IMG/VR virus record: IMGVR_UViG_2713896773_000026
Source of the DNA: a virus
Lineage: Duplodnaviria; Heunggongvirae; Uroviricota; Caudoviricetes
Length of the DNA stretch: 24,192 nucleotides
Reading direction: 5' to 3' (one strand)
How positions within the stretch are numbered: the first letter of the stretch is position 1; every line of letters starts with the position of its first letter. This document shows, piece by piece, positions 16,380 through 24,192 of the stretch. A model generated the notes under the pieces. That model was not told the DNA's origin, did no database searches, and saw nothing but the letters and a program-made list of their open reading frames with translations. Made by a program: the position numbers and the translations under genes.

Positions 16380-19300
16380 TAACAACCTGCGTCTGCAGGT
16401 CATTCTTAATGCGGTTGACAAGCTCACCCGCCCATTTCGATCTGCGCAGGCCAGTTCAAGAGAACTGGCTGCTGCTGTCAAAAAATCCCGCGATGCAATA
16501 AAGCAGCTTGATCAGGCCGGGAGCAGTCTGGACAGCTTCCGAAAGCTGCAGGCAGAAAATCAGAAATTAGGCGACAGGCTGAACTATGCCCGCCAGCGTG
16601 CAAATTTGCTCAGTCAGGAACTGGGAGCGATGGGGCCGCCTTCGCAACGTCAGGTTGTTGCTCTGGGCCGTCAACGGCTGGCTGTTCAGCGCCTGGAAGA
16701 ACGCCAGAAAAAGCTGCAGCAGCAGACGGCGCTTGTGCGTGCTGAACTGTACCGGGCGGGAATTTCTGCGAAAGACGATGCGGGAGCAACTGCCCGTTTA
16801 GCCCGTGAAACATCACGTTATAACCAGGAACTTTCGAAACAGGAGGCGCGGCTGAAGCGACTGGGGGAAGCTCAGCGCAGGATGAATGCAGCGCGTGCCA
16901 GTTATGCCCGTTCGCTGGAGGTGCGTGATCGTATTGCAGGTGCCGGAGCCACCACCACGGCTGCAGGGCTGGCAATGGGCGCACCAGTGATGGCGGCAGT
17001 AAAAAGCTATACCAGCATGGAAGATGCCATGAAAGGTGTGGCAAAGCAGGTCAATGGCCTGCGTGACGATAATGGCAACCGCACTGCACGTTTTTATGAA
17101 ATGCAGGATGCCATCAAGGCTGCCAGCGAACAGTTGCCGATGGAAAACGGTGCGGTGGATTTCGCTGCACTGGTTGAAGGTGGTGCGCGCATGAACGTCG
17201 CAAACCCTGACGACAGCTGGGAAGACCAGAAACGTGACCTGCTGGCCTTCGCCAGTACGGCAGCAAAGGCGGCAACAGCCTTTGAGCTGCCAGCGGATGA
17301 ACTGTCAGAAAGTCTGGGGAAAATCGCCCAGCTCTACAAAATACCTACCCGCAATATTGAACAGCTCGGCGATGCGCTGAACTATCTGGATGATAACGCC
17401 ATGTCGAAAGGGGCAGACATCATTGATGTGATGCAACGTCTGGGCGGTGTGGCTGACCGTCTGGATTATCGTAAAGCGGCGGCGCTGGGTTCCACCTTCC
17501 TGACACTGGGCGCTGCGCCAGAGGTTGCAGCCAGTGCAGCAAACGCGATGGTGCGTGAATTGTCCATTGCCACCATGCAAAGCAAGAGTTTCTTTGAAGG
17601 GATGAATCTGCTGAAACTCAATCCTGAAGTGATTGAAAAGCAGATGACGAAGGATGCGATGGGAACCATCCAGCGCGTGCTGGAGAAGGTGAACGCACTG
17701 CCGCAGGACAAGCGTCTGTCTGCCATGACCATGTTGTTTGGTAAAGAGTTTGGCGATGACGCGGCGAAACTGGCAAACAACCTGCCGGAACTGCAGCGCC
17801 AGTTAAAGCTGACAGCGGGCAATGATGCGCTCGGTTCCATGCAGAAAGAATCCGACATCAACAAGGACTCACTTTCTGCTCAGTGGTTGCTGGTCAAAAC
17901 CGGAGCGCAGAACACCTTCAGCAGCCTGGGTGAAACGCTGCGCCAGCCGCTGATGGATATTCTGTACACGGTGAAAAGCGTCACGGGGGCGTTGCGTCGC
18001 TGGGTGGAAGCTAACCCGGAACTGACGGGCACACTGATGAAAGCAGCGGCTGTTGTGGCTGCGGTTACCGTGGGCCTCGGCACCTTAGCGGTGGTGTTAG
18101 CTGCAGTGCTGGGGCCGCTGGCAGTGATCCGTCTGGGGTTCTCTGTGCTGGGTATCAAAACGTTACCTTCCGTTACGGCAGCAGTAACCCGAACCAGCAG
18201 CGCGTTGTCCTGGCTGGCTGGCGCACCACTGGCACTGCTGCGACGCGGGCTTACTTCATCGGGCAACGCCGCAGGTTTACTTACTGCGCCGTTGTCGTCT
18301 TTGCGCCGCACGGCATCACTGACGGGAAATGTCCTGAAAACTGTAGCAGGTGCGCCGGTTGCACTTTTGCGGTCTGGATTATCCGGTTTACGTGCTGTTG
18401 CTGTGATGTTTATGAATCCTCTGGCGGTACTGCGCGGTGGACTGGCCGCCGCAGGCACGGTGCTGCGAGTACTGGCATCTGGTCCACTGGCGATGCTGCG
18501 CGTTGCCCTGTATGCCGTATCTGGTCTGTTAGGTGCTCTGCTCAGTCCGATAGGTCTTGTGGTTACTGCACTGGCGGGCGTGGCGCTGGTTGTCTGGAAA
18601 TACTGGCAACCCATCACCGCATTTCTTGGTGGCGTGGTGGAAGGATTCAAAGCGGCGGCAGGTCCCGTCAGTGCAGCATTCGAACCGCTTAAGCCCGTGT
18701 TCCAGTGGATTGGCGACAAAGTACAGGCGCTGTGGGGCTGGTTTACTGATCTGCTGACGCCCGTTAAGTCGACCTCTGCCGAACTGCAGAGTGCAGCGGC
18801 AATGGGGCGGCGATTCGGGGAGGCACTGGCGGAAGGGCTGAATATGGTCATGCATCCGCTGGACTCCCTGAAATCCGGCGTTTCCTGGTTGCTGGAGAAA
18901 CTCGGCGTTGTCAGTAAAGAGGCCGCAAAGGCGAAACTACCGGAAAGTGTGACGCGTCAGCAACCTGCGACGGTGAATACAGACGGTAAAGTGATGATGC
19001 CATCGGGTGGTTTTCCGTCATGGGGATATGGCTTTGCGGGGATGTATGACAGCGGCGGCTATATCCCGCGCGGGCAGTTTGGCATCGTCGGTGAAAACGG
19101 GCCGGAAATTGTTAACGGCCCGGCAAATGTGACCAGCCGGAGAAATACAGCTGCACTGGCTGCCGTTGTTGCCGGAATGATGGGCGTTGCTGCCGCGCCA
19201 GCAGAGCTTCCACCGTTGCACCCTTTGGCACTTCCCGCGAAAGGTGGAGAAGCAATTGTGAGTCGCGCAGCCACTGTGCCGCCCGTTTACAGGATTGAGG

Positions 19301-19449
19301 CACCGACGCAGATCATCATCCAGACGCAGCCAGGACAAAGTGCGCAGGATATTGCGCGGGAGGTGGCCCGCCAGCTTGATGAACGTGAACGCAGGCTGAA
19401 GGCAAAAGCCAGGAGTAACTACAGCGATCAGGGGGGATACGACGCATGA
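16372..19449 (+). CDS. T: Tail tape measure protein (gpT family)
   Basis: 1025 aa; coiled-coil-rich N-terminus, hydrophobic repeat-rich centre; position after E/E'. Confidence 0.85.
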   Translation: MSDNNLRLQVILNAVDKLTRPFRSAQASSRELAAAVKKSRDAIKQLDQAGSSLDSFRKLQAENQKLGDRLNYARQRANLLSQELGAMGPPSQRQVVALGRQRLAVQRLEERQKKLQQQTALVRAELYRAGISAKDDAGATARLARETSRYNQELSKQEARLKRLGEAQRRMNAARASYARSLEVRDRIAGAGATTTAAGLAMGAPVMAAVKSYTSMEDAMKGVAKQVNGLRDDNGNRTARFYEMQDAIKAASEQLPMENGAVDFAALVEGGARMNVANPDDSWEDQKRDLLAFASTAAKAATAFELPADELSESLGKIAQLYKIPTRNIEQLGDALNYLDDNAMSKGADIIDVMQRLGGVADRLDYRKAAALGSTFLTLGAAPEVAASAANAMVRELSIATMQSKSFFEGMNLLKLNPEVIEKQMTKDAMGTIQRVLEKVNALPQDKRLSAMTMLFGKEFGDDAAKLANNLPELQRQLKLTAGNDALGSMQKESDINKDSLSAQWLLVKTGAQNTFSSLGETLRQPLMDILYTVKSVTGALRRWVEANPELTGTLMKAAAVVAAVTVGLGTLAVVLAAVLGPLAVIRLGFSVLGIKTLPSVTAAVTRTSSALSWLAGAPLALLRRGLTSSGNAAGLLTAPLSSLRRTASLTGNVLKTVAGAPVALLRSGLSGLRAVAVMFMNPLAVLRGGLAAAGTVLRVLASGPLAMLRVALYAVSGLLGALLSPIGLVVTALAGVALVVWKYWQPITAFLGGVVEGFKAAAGPVSAAFEPLKPVFQWIGDKVQALWGWFTDLLTPVKSTSAELQSAAAMGRRFGEALAEGLNMVMHPLDSLKSGVSWLLEKLGVVSKEAAKAKLPESVTRQQPATVNTDGKVMMPSGGFPSWGYGFAGMYDSGGYIPRGQFGIVGENGPEIVNGPANVTSRRNTAALAAVVAGMMGVAAAPAELPPLHPLALPAKGGEAIVSRAATVPPVYRIEAPTQIIIQTQPGQSAQDIAREVARQLDERERRLKAKARSNYSDQGGYDA

Positions 19450-19931
19450 TGATGGTGCTGGGATTGTACGTGTTTATGCTGCGCACCGTGCCGTATCAGG
19501 AGCTGCAGTATCAACGCAGCTGGCGACATGCGGCAAACAGCCGGGTAAACCGACGTCCGTCCACGCAGTTTCTGGGACCGGACAACGACATGCTGACGCT
19601 TTCCGGTGTTCTTATGCCGGAGATAACAGGTGGCAGGCTGTCGTTGCTGGCACTGGAGCAGATGGCAGAACAGGGGAAAGCATGGCCCCTGATTGAAGGC
19701 AGCGGCACGATTTATGGCATGTATGTGATTGAGGGACTGAATCAGACTAAAACGGAGTTTTTCCGCGACGGTATGCCGCGCCGGATTGAGTTCACCCTGT
19801 CGCTCAAACGGGTGGATGAATCCCTGTCCGGTATGTTCGGTGATCTCAGTACGCAACTGAATAATCTGCAGGACACGGCAACATCTGCCTTAAGTGATAT
19901 CAGTAAAACGGTGGGAGGGCTGCTGTCGTGA
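19446..19931 (+). CDS. U: Tail protein gpU
   Basis: 161 aa; start overlaps the T stop (ATGATGATG); position between T and D. Confidence 0.8.
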   Translation: MMMVLGLYVFMLRTVPYQELQYQRSWRHAANSRVNRRPSTQFLGPDNDMLTLSGVLMPEITGGRLSLLALEQMAEQGKAWPLIEGSGTIYGMYVIEGLNQTKTEFFRDGMPRRIEFTLSLKRVDESLSGMFGDLSTQLNNLQDTATSALSDISKTVGGLLS

Positions 19932-21028
19932 ATTTCAGCTCTGAACTGCTTAACAAAGGCAACAAAACTCCCGCATTCAGCATCAGTATTGAGGGCAGGG
20001 ATATCACTACTGTGCTGGATAACCGTCTGATGAGTCTGACGCTGACGGACAATCGGGGCTTTGAAGCGGACCAGCTTGATCTGGAGCTGGACGACGCCGA
20101 CGGAAAAATCGTGCTGCCGCGCCGTGGTGCGGTCATCACGCTGGCGCTGGGCTGGAAGGGGCAGCCGCTTTTCCCGAAAGGGGCATTCACGGTGGACGAG
20201 ATTGAACACACCGGCGCACCGGATCGCCTGACTATCCGGGCGCGAAGTGCTGATTTTAGGGAAACGCTGAATACCCGCCGTGAAAAATCGTGGCACAAGA
20301 CCACTGTCGGGGAAGTGGTGAAGGAAATAGCCGCGCGTCATAAGCTGAAGATGGCACTGGGTAAAGACCTGTCGGATAAGCCCGTGGAGCATATAGACCA
20401 GACTAATGAGAGTGACGGCAGTTTTCTGATGCGGCTGGCGCGCCAGTACGGTGCCATCGCGTCGGTGAAAAATGGCAATCTGTTATTCATCCGGCAGGGA
20501 CAGGGCAAAAGCGCCAGCGGTAAACCACTGCCGGTGATCTCAATCACACGTAAGGACGGCGACAGTCACCGCTTTACCCTGGCAGATCGCGGAGCCTACA
20601 CGGGCGTAATTGCCAGTTGGTTGCATACCCGCGAACCCGAGAAGAAAGAAAGCACCACGGTGAAGCGTAAGCGCAGGACTAAGAAGCAGAAGAAAGAGCC
20701 GGAAGCGAAGCAGGGCGATTACCTGGTGGGTACGGATGAAAACGTGCTGGTACTTAATCGCACTTATGCCAACCGGAGCAACGCCGAACGGGCAGCGAAA
20801 ATGCAGTGGGAACGCCTGCAACGCGGCGTTGCATCATTCTCGCTACAACTGGCGGAAGGGCGGGCAGATCTCTACACAGAAATGCCTGTGAAGGTCAGTG
20901 GCTTTAAACAGCCGATAGATGATGCGGAATGGACCATTACGACTCTGACGCATACCGTCAGCCCCGATAACGGTTTTACAACCAGTCTGGAGCTTGAAGT
21001 GAGGATTGATGATTTCGAAATGGAATGA
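19928..21028 (+). CDS. D: Tail protein gpD (late gene D family)
   Basis: 366 aa; GTG start overlapping the U stop with a GGGAGGG RBS; position before ogr. Confidence 0.8.
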   Translation: MNFSSELLNKGNKTPAFSISIEGRDITTVLDNRLMSLTLTDNRGFEADQLDLELDDADGKIVLPRRGAVITLALGWKGQPLFPKGAFTVDEIEHTGAPDRLTIRARSADFRETLNTRREKSWHKTTVGEVVKEIAARHKLKMALGKDLSDKPVEHIDQTNESDGSFLMRLARQYGAIASVKNGNLLFIRQGQGKSASGKPLPVISITRKDGDSHRFTLADRGAYTGVIASWLHTREPEKKESTTVKRKRRTKKQKKEPEAKQGDYLVGTDENVLVLNRTYANRSNAERAAKMQWERLQRGVASFSLQLAEGRADLYTEMPVKVSGFKQPIDDAEWTITTLTHTVSPDNGFTTSLELEVRIDDFEME

Positions 21029-21118
21029 TTATTCGCAATGGAGAACTTTTAAGTTTGCAAAATGGAATAATGCGGTATCATTATTGTGAATTTAGCAAAA
21101 ATGGGGAGAACTCGAAAA

Positions 21119-21337
21119 ATGATGATTTGCCCACTGTGTGGAAGTGCCGCCCATACTCGCAGCAGTTTTCAGGTATCTTCATTGACCAAAGAGCGTTACA
21201 ACCAGTGCCAGAACATTAACTGCAGCCATACTTTTGTTACCCATGAAACTTTTGTTCGTTCGATTGCAACGCCAAAAGAGTCAAATCCGGTTCAGCCGCA
21301 TCCAATGAAATCAGGACAGGTGGCGCTCTCTCTTTGA
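21119..21337 (+). CDS. ogr: Late transcription activator, Ogr/B (Delta) zinc-finger family
   Basis: 72 aa from the ATG at 21119; CPLCGSAAH...CQNINCSH zinc-finger pattern as in P2 Ogr (CPLCQHAAH...CQNVNCS). Confidence 0.85.
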   Translation: MMICPLCGSAAHTRSSFQVSSLTKERYNQCQNINCSHTFVTHETFVRSIATPKESNPVQPHPMKSGQVALSL

Positions 21338-21359
21338 CGCTGCCGCCATTTTGTCGCCA
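21338..21359. repeat. attR: attR core (right copy of the 22-bp direct repeat cgctgccgccattttgtcgcca)
   Basis: 21/22 identical to 19..40; immediately after the ogr stop. Confidence 0.65.
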
Positions 21360-21415
21360 TCGTTAAAAAACAGTGTTTCTAACATCATGATTTTAAACAG
21401 CTTAAATTTCAGGCA

Positions 21416-21460
21416 ACAAAAAACCCATCAACCTTGAACCGAAATGGCGGGGTTGATGGG
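21416..21460 (-). terminator. Candidate rho-independent terminator downstream of ybjL
   Basis: 10-bp stem CCCATCAACC/GGTTGATGGG (17-nt loop) followed on the minus strand by a U-run (plus-strand A6). Confidence 0.4.
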
Positions 21461-21572
21461 CTCCACAAAATGGGGACATCAAAGAAAAGCAGTGGCACTA
21501 ATTAAGACTGATGCCCTGCGGAAAAGTTCTGCGGTTGTGCAAAAAAATTTCATTTTCAGGGCAACTTCAGTT

Positions 21573-23258
21573 TTATCCTAATCCTGGCCATACCATGACG
21601 ATGATTGTCCCTGCCAGCGTCAGCAGGACGTTGGCGATTGCATAGGTGCCCGCATAGCCCAGCGCCGGGATGTTACTGCGAGCTGTATCACTGATGATCT
21701 CCATTGCCGGCGCGCAGGTACGTGCGCCCATCATTGCGCCGAACAACAGCGCGCGGTTCATTCGCAATACATAAGCACCGAACAAGAAACAGATAACCAC
21801 GGGCACCAGACTGACAATCAATCCGGCAATCAACATCTGACCGCCAATCGCGCCCAGGCCGTTATTAATACCGCTACCGGCGCTCAGACCAACGCCTGCC
21901 ATAAACACCATCAAGCCGAACTCTTTCACCATGCTTAATGCACCCTGCGGAATGTAACCGAAGGTCGGGTGGTTAGCACGCATAAAGCCCAGCATAATTC
22001 CGGCGAATAACAACCCGGCAGCGTTCCCCATGCCGAAACTGAATGTGCTGAACTGGAAGGTGATCATCCCGATCATCAGCCCAATAACAAAGAAGGCGCA
22101 GAATGCCAGCAGGTCAGTGACCTGGCTGTGAATCGAGATAAAGCCGATGCGATCGGCGATGGTTTTTACGCGGCGGGCATCGCCGCTGACTTGTAAAACG
22201 TCACCTTTGTTAAGCACGACGTTGTCATCTATCGGCATCTCAATCTGGCTACGAATGACGCGGTTAAGGAAGCAACCGTGATCGGTCAACTTCAGTTGTG
22301 CGAGACGTTTACCTACAGCGTTATGGTTTTTAACGACCACTTCTTCAGTGACGATACGCATGTCGAGAAGGTCACGATCGAAAACTTCTTTACCGTTACG
22401 GAAGCTGGGATCGAGTCGGGCATGGGCGTCGGGATAGCCTACCAACGCTATTTCATCGCCCATTTGTAGCACGGCATCACCGTCTGGATTTGCCAGAATC
22501 CCGTTACGTCGAATACGTTCAATGTAGCAGCCGGTTTGTCGATAAATACCCAGTTCACGCAGATTTTTGCCGTCGGTCCAGGCCACCAGTTCCGGGCCGA
22601 CGCGATAGGCGCGGATCACCGGTAAATAAACCTTACGGTTGGCATCAGTGTCCAGGCCACGTTCGCGGGCGATTTGCTGGGCGCTGGTCTGTAAGTCCTG
22701 ATGCTGCAATTTCGGCAAGTAACGCGCACCAACAATCAAACTCACCAGACCGATTAAATAGGTTAAGGCATACCCGAGGCTCAGATTATCCAGTGCCAGT
22801 GAGAGCTGCCTGCTTTCCATGCCGGAATGACGCAGTGTATCGCCAGCACCGACCAGAACCGGTGTCGACGTCATAGAGCCTGCTAACATACCGGCCGTCA
22901 GGCCAATATCCCAGCCAAACAGCTTACCTAACCCTAAGGCGATCACCAGCGCACTGCCAACCATCACCAGTGCTAACATTAGGTAATTTTTCCCATCGCG
23001 AAAAAAAATGGAAAAAAAGTTCGGTCCGGCTTCGACCCCGACGCAGAAAATAAACAGCATAAAGCCAAGATTAAGCGCATCGGTGTTAATGCTGAAATGT
23101 TGTTGGCCTAATAACAGCGATACGACTAAAACGCCAATGGAATTACCCAGTTGGATCGAACCAAGTCGTAACTTTCCGAGACATAGCCCAAGCGCGAGGA
23201 CCACAAATAATAACAGAATGTAATTCCCATTTAACAATTCGGCGACGTTTATATTCAC
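21573..23258 (-). CDS. ybjL: Putative transporter YbjL (AAE/YidE-YbjL family, duplicated transmembrane domains with central TrkA-C-like domains)
   Basis: 561-aa polytopic membrane protein matching remembered E. coli YbjL. Confidence 0.85.
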
Positions 23259-23527
23259 GGAGGCTAACTTCTTGTTTACTAGTAAGCTGTTGAAAGAAAT
23301 GGTAATTTACGATAATGTTTTTTACCAGAATTCAGGGCGCAGATTCATTCAGCGCACCTAAACGATAGTAAAGCAACAATATATTTTACTAGTGTAATCA
23401 CATTAGGTATCAACGGCTATATGAATTGCGTTGGCCTATATTAGCATGGAATGCGAAGCGGCTTTATCTTACTGAACGCCACACTGGCGAAAAATGTGTT
23501 CGATAGACGCAGTGTCAGGAGGAACGA

Positions 23528-23905
23528 GTGAAACATAAACAACGTTGGGCGGGGGCAATCTGCTGTTTTGTCCTCTTCATTGTGGTGTGCCTTTTTCTGG
23601 CGACGCACATGAAAGGCGCTTTTCGGGCTGCCGGGCATCCTGAAATCGGCTTGCTATTTTTCATTCTTCCTGGAGCAGTCGCCAGCTTCTTTTCACAGCG
23701 TAGAGAAGTCCTGAAACCTCTGTTTGGCGCAATGCTGGCGGCACCCTGTTCGATGCTCATTATGCGGCTGTTTTTTTCACCGACGCGCTCATTCTGGCAA
23801 GAGCTGGCATGGTTACTAAGCGCGGTGTTCTGGTGTGCGCTGGGGGCACTGTGTTTCTTATTTATCAGTAGTTTGTTTAAACCACAGCACAGAAAAAATC
23901 AGTAA
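23528..23905 (+). CDS. ybjM: Inner membrane protein YbjM
   Basis: 125-aa hydrophobic protein; GTG start with AGGAGG RBS; position between ybjL and grxA as in E. coli. Confidence 0.75.
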   Translation: MKHKQRWAGAICCFVLFIVVCLFLATHMKGAFRAAGHPEIGLLFFILPGAVASFFSQRREVLKPLFGAMLAAPCSMLIMRLFFSPTRSFWQELAWLLSAVFWCALGALCFLFISSLFKPQHRKNQ

Positions 23906-23925
23906 AGCCCTCAACGCGAGGGCTT
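23895..23925 (-). terminator. Rho-independent terminator of grxA
   Basis: 8-bp stem AAGCCCTC/GAGGGCTT followed on the minus strand by T6. Confidence 0.6.
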
Positions 23926-23934
23926 GTCAGACGA

Positions 23935-24192
23935 TCAGGCGTCCAGATTTTCTTTCACCCATGCAGCAAAATCGGTATAGCCGCCGATATGTTGCTGATC
24001 GACAAAAATCTGCGGCACGGTTTCTACGGGTTTACCTGCCTTTTGTTGTAGATCTTCTTTAGTGATCCCTTCCGCACGAATATCTACATACTGATACTGA
24101 AAATCATCGCGTTCATTGCTCAATTTCTCAGCCAGATCTTTTGCACGCACACAGTAAGGGCAACCCGAACGACCAAAAATAACGGTTTGCAT
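23935..24192 (-). CDS. grxA: Glutaredoxin 1
   Basis: 85 aa with the CPYC active site (MQTVIFGRSGCPYCVRAK...). Confidence 0.9.
   Translation of the reverse strand: MQTVIFGRSGCPYCVRAKDLAEKLSNERDDFQYQYVDIRAEGITKEDLQQKAGKPVETVPQIFVDQQHIGGYTDFAAWVKENLDA

Larger units (their letters stand above)
19..21359. mobile_element. Defective 186/P2-family prophage (int ... ogr) bounded by 22-bp direct repeats, with an internal deletion of head, lysis and baseplate genes
   Basis: Gene order int-cI-apl-cII-dam-repA-cargo-Q-P-[deletion]-FI'-FII-E-T-U-D-ogr matches the integrated P2/186 map; flanking 22-bp repeats; host genes ybjL/ybjM/grxA on the right. Confidence 0.8.

Noticed and set aside
17880-18851. Long minus-strand ORFs (323 aa, 108 aa, 132 aa, 144 aa, 91 aa) inside the tape measure gene
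   Set aside because: Antisense shadow ORFs in a GC-rich repetitive coding region; Pro/Ala/Ser/Thr/Arg-rich low-complexity translations, no RBS context.
19742-20392. Minus-strand 216-aa and 134-aa ORFs inside U and D
   Set aside because: Shadow ORFs antisense to conserved tail genes.
21025-21118. Longer ogr ORF starting at 21086, and the 64-aa ORF at 21025..21219
   Set aside because: The Ogr zinc finger begins right after the ATG at 21119, which has a GGAGA RBS; the 72-aa length matches the family. The other ORF is out of frame and overlaps.
1-24192. CRISPR array, rRNA, IS element or transposon
   Set aside because: No regularly spaced short direct repeats, no rRNA-like conserved stretches, and no transposase-like ORF with terminal inverted repeats were seen; the only mobile element is the prophage itself.

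Overview
This window is an almost complete but defective 186/P2-family prophage (about 19..21359) inserted next to the host genes ybjL, ybjM and grxA, and it carries an Ec86-like retron as cargo. The prophage is bounded by a 22-bp direct repeat (19..40 and 21338..21359, one mismatch). Left to right it carries: integrase, a small secreted Cys-rich moron ORF, CI repressor, Apl/Cox-like protein, CII, several small early ORFs, a TraR/DksA-like zinc finger, Dam methylase, the RepA rolling-circle replication protein, a LexA-box-controlled Tum-like/DinI-like pair, and then an AT-rich cargo region. The cargo holds (i) a 372-aa protein with a DUF2971-like N-terminus and (ii) a retron made of an NDT-like effector, an msr/msd ncRNA with a1/a2 inverted repeats, and a reverse transcriptase with YADD and VTG motifs. 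These sit either side of a GC-rich cos-like sequence, just before the portal gene. Downstream, an internal deletion joins the 5'-truncated terminase large-subunit gene directly to the middle of the tail sheath gene, removing the capsid, lysis, baseplate and tail-fibre modules. The remaining tail genes (tube, E/E' with a TTTTTTG slippery site, tape measure, U, D) and the Ogr/B-like late activator are intact. All calls rest on reading the translations and the DNA by eye and on remembered family motifs; no searches were run.
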